A DNA stretch of 52,665 bases, filler included, from Catajapyx aquilonaris (lineage: Eukaryota), in the NCBI GenBank assembly GCA_000934665.2. It is 2 parts of 2 records of this genome, joined end to end, with 100 filler letters (N's around TTAATTAATTAA, not from the genome) between each part and the next. Parts side by side here need not be neighbours in the genome. Positions count along the whole stretch, not along the records: positions 1 to 26,283 come from JYFJ02005226.1; 1 more part is not named here. One strand, 5' to 3'. Shown here one piece after another: positions 1 through 10,500 of the stretch. The position numbers were made by a program, and so were the translations under genes. The notes beneath the pieces are model-generated. The model was not told the origin of the DNA. It searched no databases and saw nothing but the letters and a program-made list of their open reading frames with translations. Each line of letters opens with the position of its first letter. Positions within the stretch are counted from its first letter, which is position 1.

Positions 1-397
1 CGACTCTCATACTCTGACTAATTCTTCCCAGCCCCAAAGCACGAATGTTTTGAATTAAATTTGATTATCACACATCCCTATGACACGAACCAACCCCCAC
101 CTATGGACATGTTTCTTACTTTTAATCTCACCCATCAGAGGAAGAATAGTTTTCTGCAGTTTTACTGCCTATTTTTTATTGCATGGCTTCTGTAAAAAAA
201 ATTACAGTTTACATAACATTGTACATTGGTAAGTTTTATGAAGAGATATATTTGGTCACCTTCATTAAATTTGGAGCAATAACAAAGTTAACCAAACTCA
301 AAATTTCTTGCCTGAGCCCTGATCAAGTCACGAATATTTCTCTAGCTAAGAGGTGAGGAATGGATTCTTGGCTTACAGAGTGTATTGTCTCAGTACC

Positions 398-3300
398 CAT
401 CATCATCATCATCCCCATCACCATCACGACATTTCCCTATAAGGGGTAGTCAGCGATGACGGGAGCCACAAGCTAACCAAAAATATGAACTAAATTAAAA
501 CTTGTGAAAATAAACCTATAAACAACCCGTCCCACCCACAACCCCTGCCCATCTCAGACGACAAATTCTCAATATTAAATTTAAATATTACACTATCCAA
601 CGTGGTACTTTGAGAAAACAAGTGTCCCCCACCCCCCTGAAAGAGGAATCAGCAACTGTTAAATTCCTCCAAGTGACTAGAATATTCTCCTCCAAAAGAC
701 CAGAACACCCACAGGCCAGCGAGAAGAACCAGCACACGGAAATCCATACCCGAACTCCAAGTGCTGTGCAGGACAGAGAGAGAGGCAGACACCCTTGCAA
801 GCATGACTACCGGTGTCAACCTATGCATTACTGTGCAAGAGATATTTGCCAAACTTGTAGTTCTGCACAGCACCCCGAGCCCGAGTATGAACCTCCAGAC
901 GCTGACTCCTCCCACCAACCTGCAAACATTACAGCCATTCGTAAGTATTCAATGGACACTGCCATTCCTCACAAACCCGTGAATATCTACCCATTAATTA
1001 ACCTACGCCATTTACACCTGTCCAAACAAACAACCTTAGCCTCAGCCACGTCCATGGTCCTATTGACACATGAACACTTAACACTAGCAACACCCTTAAG
1101 ACACTGACCCACCTGGTCCAACCATGTCTTCCTAGGCCTCCCCTTGCCCCTCTTACCAACTACTCCACCCAAATAAACCTTCTTCACAATCTCCTCCTCC
1201 TTCATCCTCTCCACATGGCCAAACCACCTTAGAGTAGACCTACATACATTATCTTTAACAGTCTCCTTAACATTACACCTCTGCAAAATCTCCTCATTCC
1301 TAATCATATCCAACTTAGTGACCCCACAAACAGCCCGGAGATAACGCATCTCTGTAGCCAAAACCCTACTCTTATGCCTATCTGACCAAACCCACGCTTC
1401 ACTACCATACATAAGTGAAGGAACAATAACGTGAGAATAGACAGACAACCTACAGGCATAAGATAAGTCCTTATTTCTAGAAAACTTACTTGTGGCACCT
1501 ATCACTTTCAACCCAGAACCAACTCTCCTGTCCATCTCCCCATCCATTCTACCATTACTCTCAAGGACACTACCCAGGTATACAAACTGGTTGACCTGCT
1601 CAACCAGCTTTCCTCGTACCTGCAACATACAAGGAGAAACCTGCTGTCCTCTCTCAAATACCAATACCTTAGTCTTATCTACATTAATCCTCATACCCCT
1701 CTTTTCAGAAACATTATCTAACTTGCATAGGATCAACTGTAAATCAGCCTCACTCTACGCCAGAAGGGCAGAATCATCTGCATATAGCAAGTGACTAACT
1801 ATCTCCTCACTAAACTGCACTCCTACACCTTCAACCATAGCTTCCCTTACACATGCATCTAAGTACAAGTTAAGTAACCAGGGAGACATGACACAACCCT
1901 GCTTAACCCCAACACTAATGTTAAACCAGTCAGAGAAACCCCCACTAGTTCTAAAACAAGCTCTACTCTCTTCATACAATGACTTTACAGCCTCCAACAG
2001 GCGACCCTTCACTCCATAGAAACTCAGAACTTCCCACAAACCTTCCGTTAACAGCTAAATACTTTTCTATCACGAGTCTCATACAGAATATCTGATCTAC
2101 ACAACTCTTACCCGACATAAACCCACTGGGTTCAGTGGGGCTTAACGTCGGCCTATTTCTGCCTCTAAGGCTCAACACCGACGCCAGGGGGTGGTCCTCC
2201 TCCTGGAAATTTGGCCATTCTGGGGATCTTTAACGTGCACTCACGCAATGTCACAAGCACACGGGACCGACGGCTTTACTTCCCCTCCGAAGGAAGGCGC
2301 ACTCTCACTTTTCTACCACCCAGTGAAAAGTCACCGACCTCGACCGGGTTCGAACCCACAACCTTGGGACCAGAGGCGAGCGTGCTAACCACTAGTCCAC
2401 CAAGGCCGGCGACATAAACCCACTCTGAATATTCAGTATTCTCTGACTTATCATACACCTTTCCTGGTACACTTAACAAACTAATGCCACGATAATTCTT
2501 GCAGTCACACACATCTCCCTTACCCTTTTACAGAGGTACTATAATAGCATCCCTCCAATCCCTATGAACTACACCATTATCAAAAGAAACCCTACATAAA
2601 TTAGTCAAAAAAGTAACTACATCATCCCCACCACACCTCACCATTTCCAAAGAAATAGCATCAACCCCAGGGGATTTACCTAGTTTAAGTTCTAGAGCAG
2701 CAGCTGCAACTTCCTTCTTACAAATATCCCCACAACAATCATTACTTGGTACATCATCCCCAATTAAGCTTACAGATACATCAACACTAGCCTTATCACT
2801 TGCTGACAGCAAGTCCTTAAAATACTCTTCCCAAAGACCTTTCGCCTCTTCTCCATCCCACAGCATGTCACCCTTCTTATCCTTCACACCCACTACGCTA
2901 ACCCCATGCCCAGTCCTTAACCTCCAGTCAATCAAGGACTTCTGCCCTAATGACCTATTCTCCCAAGTATACTGGTGAATCTGTTTGTGTGGAAACACAG
3001 TATTAGATACATAAAGGCCCCTCTCTACACATAAATCCAATAAACTCACACCGTTTCCATTAACCCTAACATCCCCATAACGACCCAACACTCCCTCATA
3101 CCCCAGGCAAGAGACACTCACCCAAGAGTTAAAATCCCCTGCAAGAATTATCCTGTCATTACCATTGAAACCATCCAACACAGCACTTAAACTATTTCAG
3201 AACCTCTCCTTATCCTCATCCGAAGATGAGTCAACTGGTGCACACACAGCCACACCACAATCCTAGTCTTAACCACCTTCAGACTCACCCACATTATTCT

Positions 3301-3500
3301 CTCACTGACCTGACTATATATATCCTTTCACACAGTGCACCAGCTTAGGACTAATAAGTATACCCACACCTGCACAAGCCCTCTTCCTTTCATCTACACC
3401 AGACCAGAAGCCTGTTAGCCCATTGAAAACACCCCTTCATCTTGGTCTCAGACAAGCACATTATATCTAAACGAGCATCAACAAATGCTTTCCTAACAAT
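398..3500 (-). mobile_element. Decayed RTE-clade non-LTR retrotransposon (APE endonuclease + reverse transcriptase), internally deleted, frameshifted and interrupted by a SINE
   Basis: APE motifs ILAGDFN...NGNG...YTW...SLID (ORF 2528-3181). RT motifs GKSPGVD, NYRGISLLSVPGKVY, GVKQGCVMSP and LLYADD. RTE-type C-terminus YLGS...LRWFGHVERM...GKRGKGRPRKTW (ORF 987-1736). A (GAT)n-like tail lies at about 398-425. Both ends are approximate. Confidence 0.9.
2128..2409 (-). mobile_element. tRNA-derived SINE inserted in the LINE RT region (Nin/Deu-like central domain)
   Basis: Minus strand has A-box-like GGACTAGTGG and B-box GGTTCGAACCC. Flanking duplication cgacataaacccact at 2113-2127 and 2410-2424. 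Confidence 0.85.
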
Positions 3501-3661
3501 ATCACACTTATTATGTATCCCCCTTACGTAAACAATGGAGTCTAACCTCTGCATTTTTCAACCTTTTCTTACTGCCTACCCTGGAACTTCGAACATTCCT
3601 AGTACTCAGTACCCAAAGCGAATATTTTGCAAAATCAGCAATGCATATATGCATCATCATA

Positions 3662-3663
3662 AA

Positions 3664-3709
<46 letters not shown>
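3662..3709. repeat. (ATT)n microsatellite
   Basis: Direct inspection; it produces the poly-Y and poly-I ORF artefacts. Confidence 0.95.
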
Positions 3710-3711
<2 letters not shown>

Positions 3712-3784
3712 GGGTTCTACTACCAACAAAAAATTAAAGGACTGTACTCTCAACATTTTGAAAATATGGTTGGAGTTGATTTCA

Positions 3785-4289
3785 ATGGGGAAGGCGACTG
3801 CAACTTTTCTCCGCTAGGAGCGCCACCAAGCCATGAGACAAGACATGGGTTCACGACTTCACGTTGTGCTGTTGCTCTCGCATCACTGCATAATGCCGGG
3901 CGTACGGCTGCAGTAATTTAGGAGGTCACCAATTCCCAATTGCGACTCCTGATAGTCCTGAGTTCAGTTTATATCTCCTTCACGGACATCTGACGCACAT
4001 CCATTACTGCGCCTGAGACAGTTTAGGGCTTTAGGTGCTGACAAGCAGCAAGCTTTGCCACTACAAACAAAGGGGGTGGGCGGCTGTCCCCGGACCGATC
4101 CGCTCCAAACCCACGGCGAATGGAAGAGTAGGGCTCTCTTCGCCCCCAGAAAAATTAAGGGGCCGGTCTGCCCGGAGTCCAGGCCACCAGCGGCAGATCA
4201 ACAGAAAGGTTGTTGACCAAATCACGGCGACTACGTCTCATGGCTCAGTGCTGCCATCTACGCCCAGCTTTGCCAGTCGCCTTCCCCAT
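3785..4289. mobile_element. MITE-like element with terminal inverted repeats
   Basis: atggggaaggcgactg at 3785 and its reverse complement ending at 4289. Internal agccatgagac is also mirrored. TSD is unclear. Confidence 0.6.
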
Positions 4290-4337
4290 AGGTCCTCAAC
4301 TCTTGGGAACACTTCCCCATGACTCTCTTTCTTGTCA

Positions 4338-6424
4338 TTACCTGTATGCCTGTAGACTTTCGATGAATTGGTTCTGCTCTTCTTGAGGCCAGGTATTGAA
4401 CCAACGTGAAATGAGCCTCAACTGGCACTGCAATACTGTTGTTTCCTTGTTGACTATACTTAAGCCTTGCAGCAGCTGTTGCTGGGATTAGAAGAAAAAA
4501 AATGTGGTGGTAATATAGCAACTCACATTCTTGCACTAAGGTGAAGTGGGCCAAGTCCAAACACTTTCTTGATGGATGAAATTTCCATATTTACTGCCAG
4601 AAAAGAAATTAGTTCGTAATACATGCTCAACGTACATGTCAGTGAAGTCTTCACCTGAGCGTTATTGTTGTGGGATCACATACATTTCTCACATACCACT
4701 CACGTTCACTATTACACAATCGAGGGCAAAGTGCGGCTAAGCACTTCCTCAAAAAACCCCATGTACAGTCCAATGGTAGCCTTTTCCCACGGGATTCCTT
4801 GAACCAAAATTATTGTACAAGGCCATTCACCAGCAATTCCTCCTCTTCCAGACACTCTCGGCCTCATCAAAAAATTTTATGTATGGCAGGAGTTTTTTTT
4901 TTTCCATAGTTGGATGCAAGATGTCTTAAAAATGGGCTCCCATAAATTACTTCATGCAAAATGGGAGAATTTGACTTCAACATTTGGTGACATTATGTCA
5001 AATGTTGATTACAACACAATTTGTAGGAATTCTTGGTTTATTAATCAGAATTAAATTAAGCGTTAACATGACTCTTTTTTAGACTTCATGCAGAACAGCT
5101 ACCTCCTGGAGCAATTCATACCCATGTATAGTTTACAGCCAAGACAATGGTAGTTTGTTCTTTAAGGGTAAATATACAATTACCACATCTTTTCCTCGCA
5201 ACTACTTCCAGAATCATATCTGTGCACAACCAAAAAAAAGTCCACTTAAAGACAACCCCATCATACTCCCGCAGGGAGTTCATTTGCATGCTCCCTCTCA
5301 AAGGAATGACAAATTGAAACCCTACCTTTCTCACAGAATCTATGGAAATAAGATTGGGCATCATGTTATGCTAACTTGATGGCTGGCAGTCACGTTTAAA
5401 CTGAGATATTTATGCAGTTTGGATTTGGCCCACTTCACCATACATTTCACTGTCAACAATATGTCACACTACATTCAATACTGACAAGGGAAGGTCACAG
5501 GGTGATGACGGATCTTGATGAAATTTAACATGCTAATATAGGACAATATATGATACCCAAAAATAAAATATTTCATGCGGAGGCCCATATTTGCAAAAGT
5601 TATGACGTCTTAAAGTTAAAAAAAAAAAAAACATTTTCATTGAGTTCATAATGGGATTACATTAGCGACCACATATAAGACCATATTGAAGTGTGTAATC
5701 AGTTTATACACTTTGTCTCATCGGAAAAAAGTCCTACATAACGGCTCTATATCTCTTACGGTTTAGGCCTTGATACCTGTCCACAGATGGACGGACGGAC
5801 AGAGCCGTTCGGTAGGACTTTTTTCCGATGAGAAAAGGTCTAGAAACCGATTACACACTTCAATGTCATTATGTGTGGTCGCTAATGTAATCCCATTATG
5901 AATGAAAATGTATTATTTTTGGAACTTGAAGACGTCATAACTTTTGCAAATATGGGCCTCCGCAAGAAATATTTCATTTTTGGGTATCATATATTGTCCT
6001 GTATTAGCATGTTAAATTTCATCAAGATCCGTCATTATCACCCCGTGACCTTCCCTTGTGAGTATCATTTTTGGATAAAAAATTATTAATGTTTACCATG
6101 CAGCATAGTACATCATGGTGCACACACAATTGAAACACTAATTAGAGTGTGATGCCAACATGGTGACAAGGTTTCAGCCTATGTCAAAATATATTCAGAG
6201 TCAATTGCGCCAGGGATTACATATTTTATAAAAGTACGTAATCCCTTATTGTGCTTTGCAGTAGGAGCTATCACTTTCATTACCAGCGAAGGCTGATTCT
6301 CAGGTGACTTCAGCAAGTCAATCAACTGCGTGATCTGGCTTGACTCCCACTTCCTGACCCACCAGTTTGCACACCTTTGCTGGTCTTCAACAGGTATGCT
6401 CACTCCACAGGACTCTTCTCCCAT
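4338..6424 (-). CDS. C14orf119-like (DUF4508) small protein, about 94 aa, two coding exons
   Basis: Exons 6424-6284 and 4481-4338, GT-AG phase 0. Product MGEESCGVSIPVEDQQRCANWWVRKWESSQITQLIDLLKSPENQPSL|QQLLQGLSIVNKETTVLQCQLRLISRWFNTWPQEEQNQFIESLQAYR. It matches the remembered C14orf119 pattern (KCILHWFANWS...ECQLHLWDQWFRGWAEQERNEF). A further exon via AG|gtaatg at 4342/4341 is not excluded. Confidence 0.8.
5481..6062. mobile_element. Palindromic (foldback) MITE, TA target duplication
   Basis: Arms of more than 200 bp are inverted copies (acaagggaaggtcac... / ...gtgaccttcccttgt). Flanked by TA at 5479-80 and 6063-64. Confidence 0.9.
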
Positions 6425-6899
6425 CTGAAAGTTGAATAGCAAATGTTAACAAAAGAGAATGACAGACACCTGTCATTGCATAACAAAACCACTGACCCAA
6501 ATGCAAAGCCATGTACAGCTCCTCAACTACAACAGCAACCCTCTTTTTCTTTCTCATTTACTTTTCCCCTTGTCTACCTGCAAAGTCCACTTATCTTCCC
6601 ATACAAGGCTGCAAATGTCAATATCTGATATTCGACATACCTACTCTTGATGAGGAAATTGCTGATTAACTCCCCTTACTAGTTTCGATGCCAAATTAAT
6701 GCCTTTTAAATGCTAGTATCTGGCCAAAAAATCGTACGGAATCCCCTCACTTCTGGTGGAAATATTAAACCAGACGCATCTACTCAGTACTTACTCAAAA
6801 AGGCAGCTTCCTCTCGATTGACATGGGCGACCGGAGATTGGGGGAGGAGGGTATCGGATTTCTCAATCTGGCAACGCCATGAGACAAGCGAACATAAAA

Positions 6900-7207
6900 C
6901 CACAATTAAAAACTACTATTTCCGTATCTAATCGTTAATAATTTGTAATAGTTAATTAGCAGACTAATTTTAACGGTTAAATTATTTCACTGATATAATT
7001 ACCACAAATCTGGTATCCTGTAATAATAATTAAAATATTGACAATGTTTTTGATCACGTGTGTTTGACCAATAACTAGCTTAACACTATTTTTAGCCCGT
7101 TAAATATCATTATTGTCGCTCCTCTGCCAAAAAATTTGCAATCATAACTGGGAGGGGGGAGAAAAGCTGCTACGTTTTTGTGGTCAACACTCAACATGCG
7201 ATTAAAA
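6900..7207. promoter_or_regulatory. Probable bidirectional promoter between the DUF4508-like and GON7-like genes
   Basis: Head-to-head arrangement with a minus-strand donor GA|gtaagt at 6795/6794. E-box CACGTG at 7055-7060, Motif-1-like TGGTCAACACT at 7181, and AAAATGGCG at the plus-strand start. Confidence 0.45.
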
Positions 7208-7555
7208 ATGGCGTCCCCAACAGGTATTCGTGTGGTGGTGTCGGACAAAGGCAAGACTACGACTGATTTCACAGTGTCAATTACATCAAACAGAACAACG
7301 ATGGCCCTTAAAAACCTCATGTTTGGTCTACAGTTAGCACGTGAACGGGTGAACGTGGCGCTCACTGATATGATCGAGTCACAATGTGAAACGGGGACCA
7401 AGCAAGCCGACAAGAACGAGGAGATGGGTAAATATTGCATGATCAATTGAATAAAGCCAAGTTGATAACATTTATTATCAAAATCTACAGATGAAGATGA
7501 TGGTGGCGATGGTGACGATGATGCCAAACCACCTGAACGAAAGCGCAAAAAATGA
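7208..7555 (+). CDS. GON7: GON7-like small acidic protein (candidate fifth subunit of KEOPS/EKC), 94 aa
   Basis: Exons 7208-7427 and 7491-7555; the 63-nt GT-AG intron contains an in-frame stop. Product MASPTGIRVVVSDKGKTTTDFTVSITSNRTTMALKNLMFGLQLARERVNVALTDMIESQCETGTKQADKNEEMDEDDGGDGDDDAKPPERKRKK. Architecture: two beta-like segments, an amphipathic helix with VNxxLTxxI, an acidic tract and a basic tail, as in fungal Gon7 and human C14orf142. Confidence 0.65.
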
Positions 7556-7587
7556 TCCAACAGAAGGGTACGTGAATGCCGACACTT

Positions 7588-10500
7588 TTAATCGTCACTT
7601 TCATAACCTTCCCGGTCCCAGTCTTTGTGCTGCATCATGAAGTCATCCCTCATGACCTTCCACTTAGGCTCCTTGGTTGCCTTCTTAACTTCTGCTTGTT
7701 TTGCAGCCACTTTCAACCTTTCTTTAAATTTCTCCATGCCGTGGGTTTTGTATGCACCATCTGTTCGCCTCTGAGATGCACCTGCTTCGTCCAACTGTGA
7801 TTTTAGCTCCTTCTGTTGTGACTTTACTGCATTGAAAAGCTGCACTACACCCCTGTAACGCAGAAATTATTAGATATTCTACCTATATTTTGGCATAATT
7901 TTAGGCATTTCCCTCATAGATCAATGTAGCCACATAATGAGAAAGTCCTTCAGCTGCTAATGGAAATAAATATCATTTCACTTGAGAAATTTTTCATATG
8001 CTACCGAATAATGGTGAGGATTCTTGCTACCAAGCCGTTTCATTTATCTTTTGCCTGCTCCTCTTCAGTCTCCCCTTTTTGTTCGCCAGTAAAATTTTTA
8101 CAGAGATGGTGAAGCATCTGAAGGAATCTGGTTTAAGGTCGTAGCCATAGCTTGGCTGCTTGGAGATTCACAACTTGAACTGCTGCAGGCTTTGAGCAGT
8201 GCCCATGTCAGGACTGCCATATGTGTAGTCAGACACTGACATGCATCTGTCTCCAACAGTTCAAGTGGAGCGTACTTGAGTATTCTCATTATGGTCCAGA
8301 TATTGCAATGAATGACACCCCCACTTGTTTTGCCACCTCCATAAAAATTTTTGCCAGCAAGAGGCTATAGAGAGCAAAATGGAAAGAATAGGCTTAGTGG
8401 CAAGGGTCCTTGAGAACAGCTTACAAAATATACCAGTTTAAGAATGCTTTGATTGACAGCGTTTGTGAGATGTAGCAGGTAAGACCTGGGACATTATGCG
8501 GCATCATGAAGATGGATCACGCTCGTAGAGCTAACTAGCCTATATGCAATTAAGTGAGACTTCTGTGTCTTAAGATGTTGCTCAGATTAAAATATGATTT
8601 AAAAAAGATGTGGTCTACCTCAGGACTCAAATTTTTCGTTCCTTTTTCAAGATAATCACGTCCTTTAAAAAGGTGGTCAATGAGGTAACAGGCACAAAAA
8701 TGCTGTGATGGGAATTTCAACATGAAAGAAGTACTTTGCAGTCATCATAATCTCCTTTTCATGACACAACTAGATCACACTTTTATCAGTCTGTAGTAAG
8801 AATGATGTGAAATATGCCTCCCTGCAAAAAAGGTTAAGTTTGTTATCACCAAAAGCATGCAAATCACATGCTGGTTTGTAGGAATCACTCTGCCAGCTGT
8901 TCTCACTGCTTCACCCTTCCTTCAGGAACCATACAAATGCACAATGCAATAATTACATGTACTAAACTAACTAAAGTGCAATATATTATTAGCTGTAAAA
9001 CTAAGAAAAATCACAAATTTCAACAATAAATGTGTAAGAAGAAACCCAGTCCACAGCAGCCATAAGAAGTGGCATCAGCTGGCATTTTATTTCATGTCAT
9101 TGTGTGCTTGCTAATTCCAGTAATGCCATGGAATTTTTTTGGAGTGCTTTTCACTGTAGCTTTTTTAAATTTAATTTTTTAATTTAAAAAATTAGTGATA
9201 CATTTTGGCTATTAAATAATTTAATAGCCAAAAAGTATGACTAATTTTTTAAATTTCTACGTCAAGCCATGCAGACCATCACAACACATGGATGCACTTT
9301 TTTGAAGTGGTTAGTGCCACAGCCTTCCACCTCTGAGGCCCTGGGTTCGATCCCCAGGTCGGACGGAGGATACTTATGTGGACAGAGTTTCAATGGGTTC
9401 TCTCCGTGTTCATGTCGGTTTTGTCGGGGTTCTGTTTCCTCCCACAATCAAAATCCATCACAGCGCAGGCAATTATTAAAGACGGTTCACGAAAAGATGA
9501 TCCCCTAAGAGACGCAAGGAGGCTTCATGGGGTATCCATAATACAGGGTGTTTCAGAGTCATGGATCAAGCGCGCGCGAGGGGGTGGGGAAAAATCATAG
9601 GTGGCGACAACCCCAGTCAGTTTTATAAAACAAGTAGAAATACGGCAGTAATCAATTTATTTATTACGGCCGTACGGCGTGAAATCACATCCTTTCTGTT
9701 CAAACTGACTGGCGCAGACTGGCAGGTGCACTAGTGGGTTGAACCTGGTTGAACGGCTTTTTAGCCTTGCGGGTTGCACTGAAAAAGACACTCTCCTGCT
9801 ATACTGGCAGGGTACTGTACACACTACTGTACACTACTCTGTACAGTACCCTACCAGTATAAGCATGAGAGCGCCTTTTTCAGTGCAACCCGCAAGGCTA
9901 AAAAGCCGCTCAACCAGGTTCAACCCACTAGTGCACCTGCCAGTCTGCGCCAGTCAGTTCGAACAGAAAGGATGCCGGTATAAAACGAGGTCGACCAGCA
10001 TGCCGGTATAACCTGGGGGGTGGCCGGCATGCCGCAATAGCCGATGTAGATTTATGTAATTTCGATCCTTGCCAAATATTTTGGAATGCTTCTGGTACCA
10101 TACTAAAATAATGTTATAATGAAAATGGGCAAGTGTACAGGCTGTGAGAATATGTCAGTTCTGTTGCACAGTGCATTTAAAAAATGTAGAGTGTATGACC
10201 AATCCCATCGTCAGCATGCTTTGACAGGGGAACCCCCTGCTCTAACATACTGTTTAGATAGAGATTATTGCCAATTGAAAGCAATATATGGTATGGGTAC
10301 CCTATTTGGAAAATGCGCCTTTTCGATAGCCTTTACGTGAATTTCGATTTTCAGGCAAATGTCAAGTTCAGAAAGGATAATGTAACTTATGTGAAAACCT
10401 CACCTTACACCTGCCTACCTCGCCCTATACCGGCATGCCCGTATAGCCACCAGATCATGCATTTCTAAAAACTGGTCGACCTCGGCTACACAGGCATGCC

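Noticed and set aside
610..1107. 165-aa plus-strand ORF
   Set aside because: Antisense to the LINE 3' region; no recognisable motif.
3511..3921. Poly-Tyr and poly-Ile ORFs
   Set aside because: Produced by the (ATT)n microsatellite.
5116..5364. Possible extra exon of the DUF4508-like gene (acceptor near 5340)
   Set aside because: In phase 0 it reads IL-stop; the exon at 4481 gives the homologous continuation.
4338..7555. Conserved human linkage of C14orf119 and C14orf142 homologues
   Set aside because: The human genes are far apart on chromosome 14 as I recall, so the shared name prefix is not evidence of microsynteny.
8098..8364. Exon-like segment with a good acceptor in RRP15 intron 3
   Set aside because: Stops appear early and there is no homology. 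RRP15 is complete without it, and a poison exon cannot be supported.
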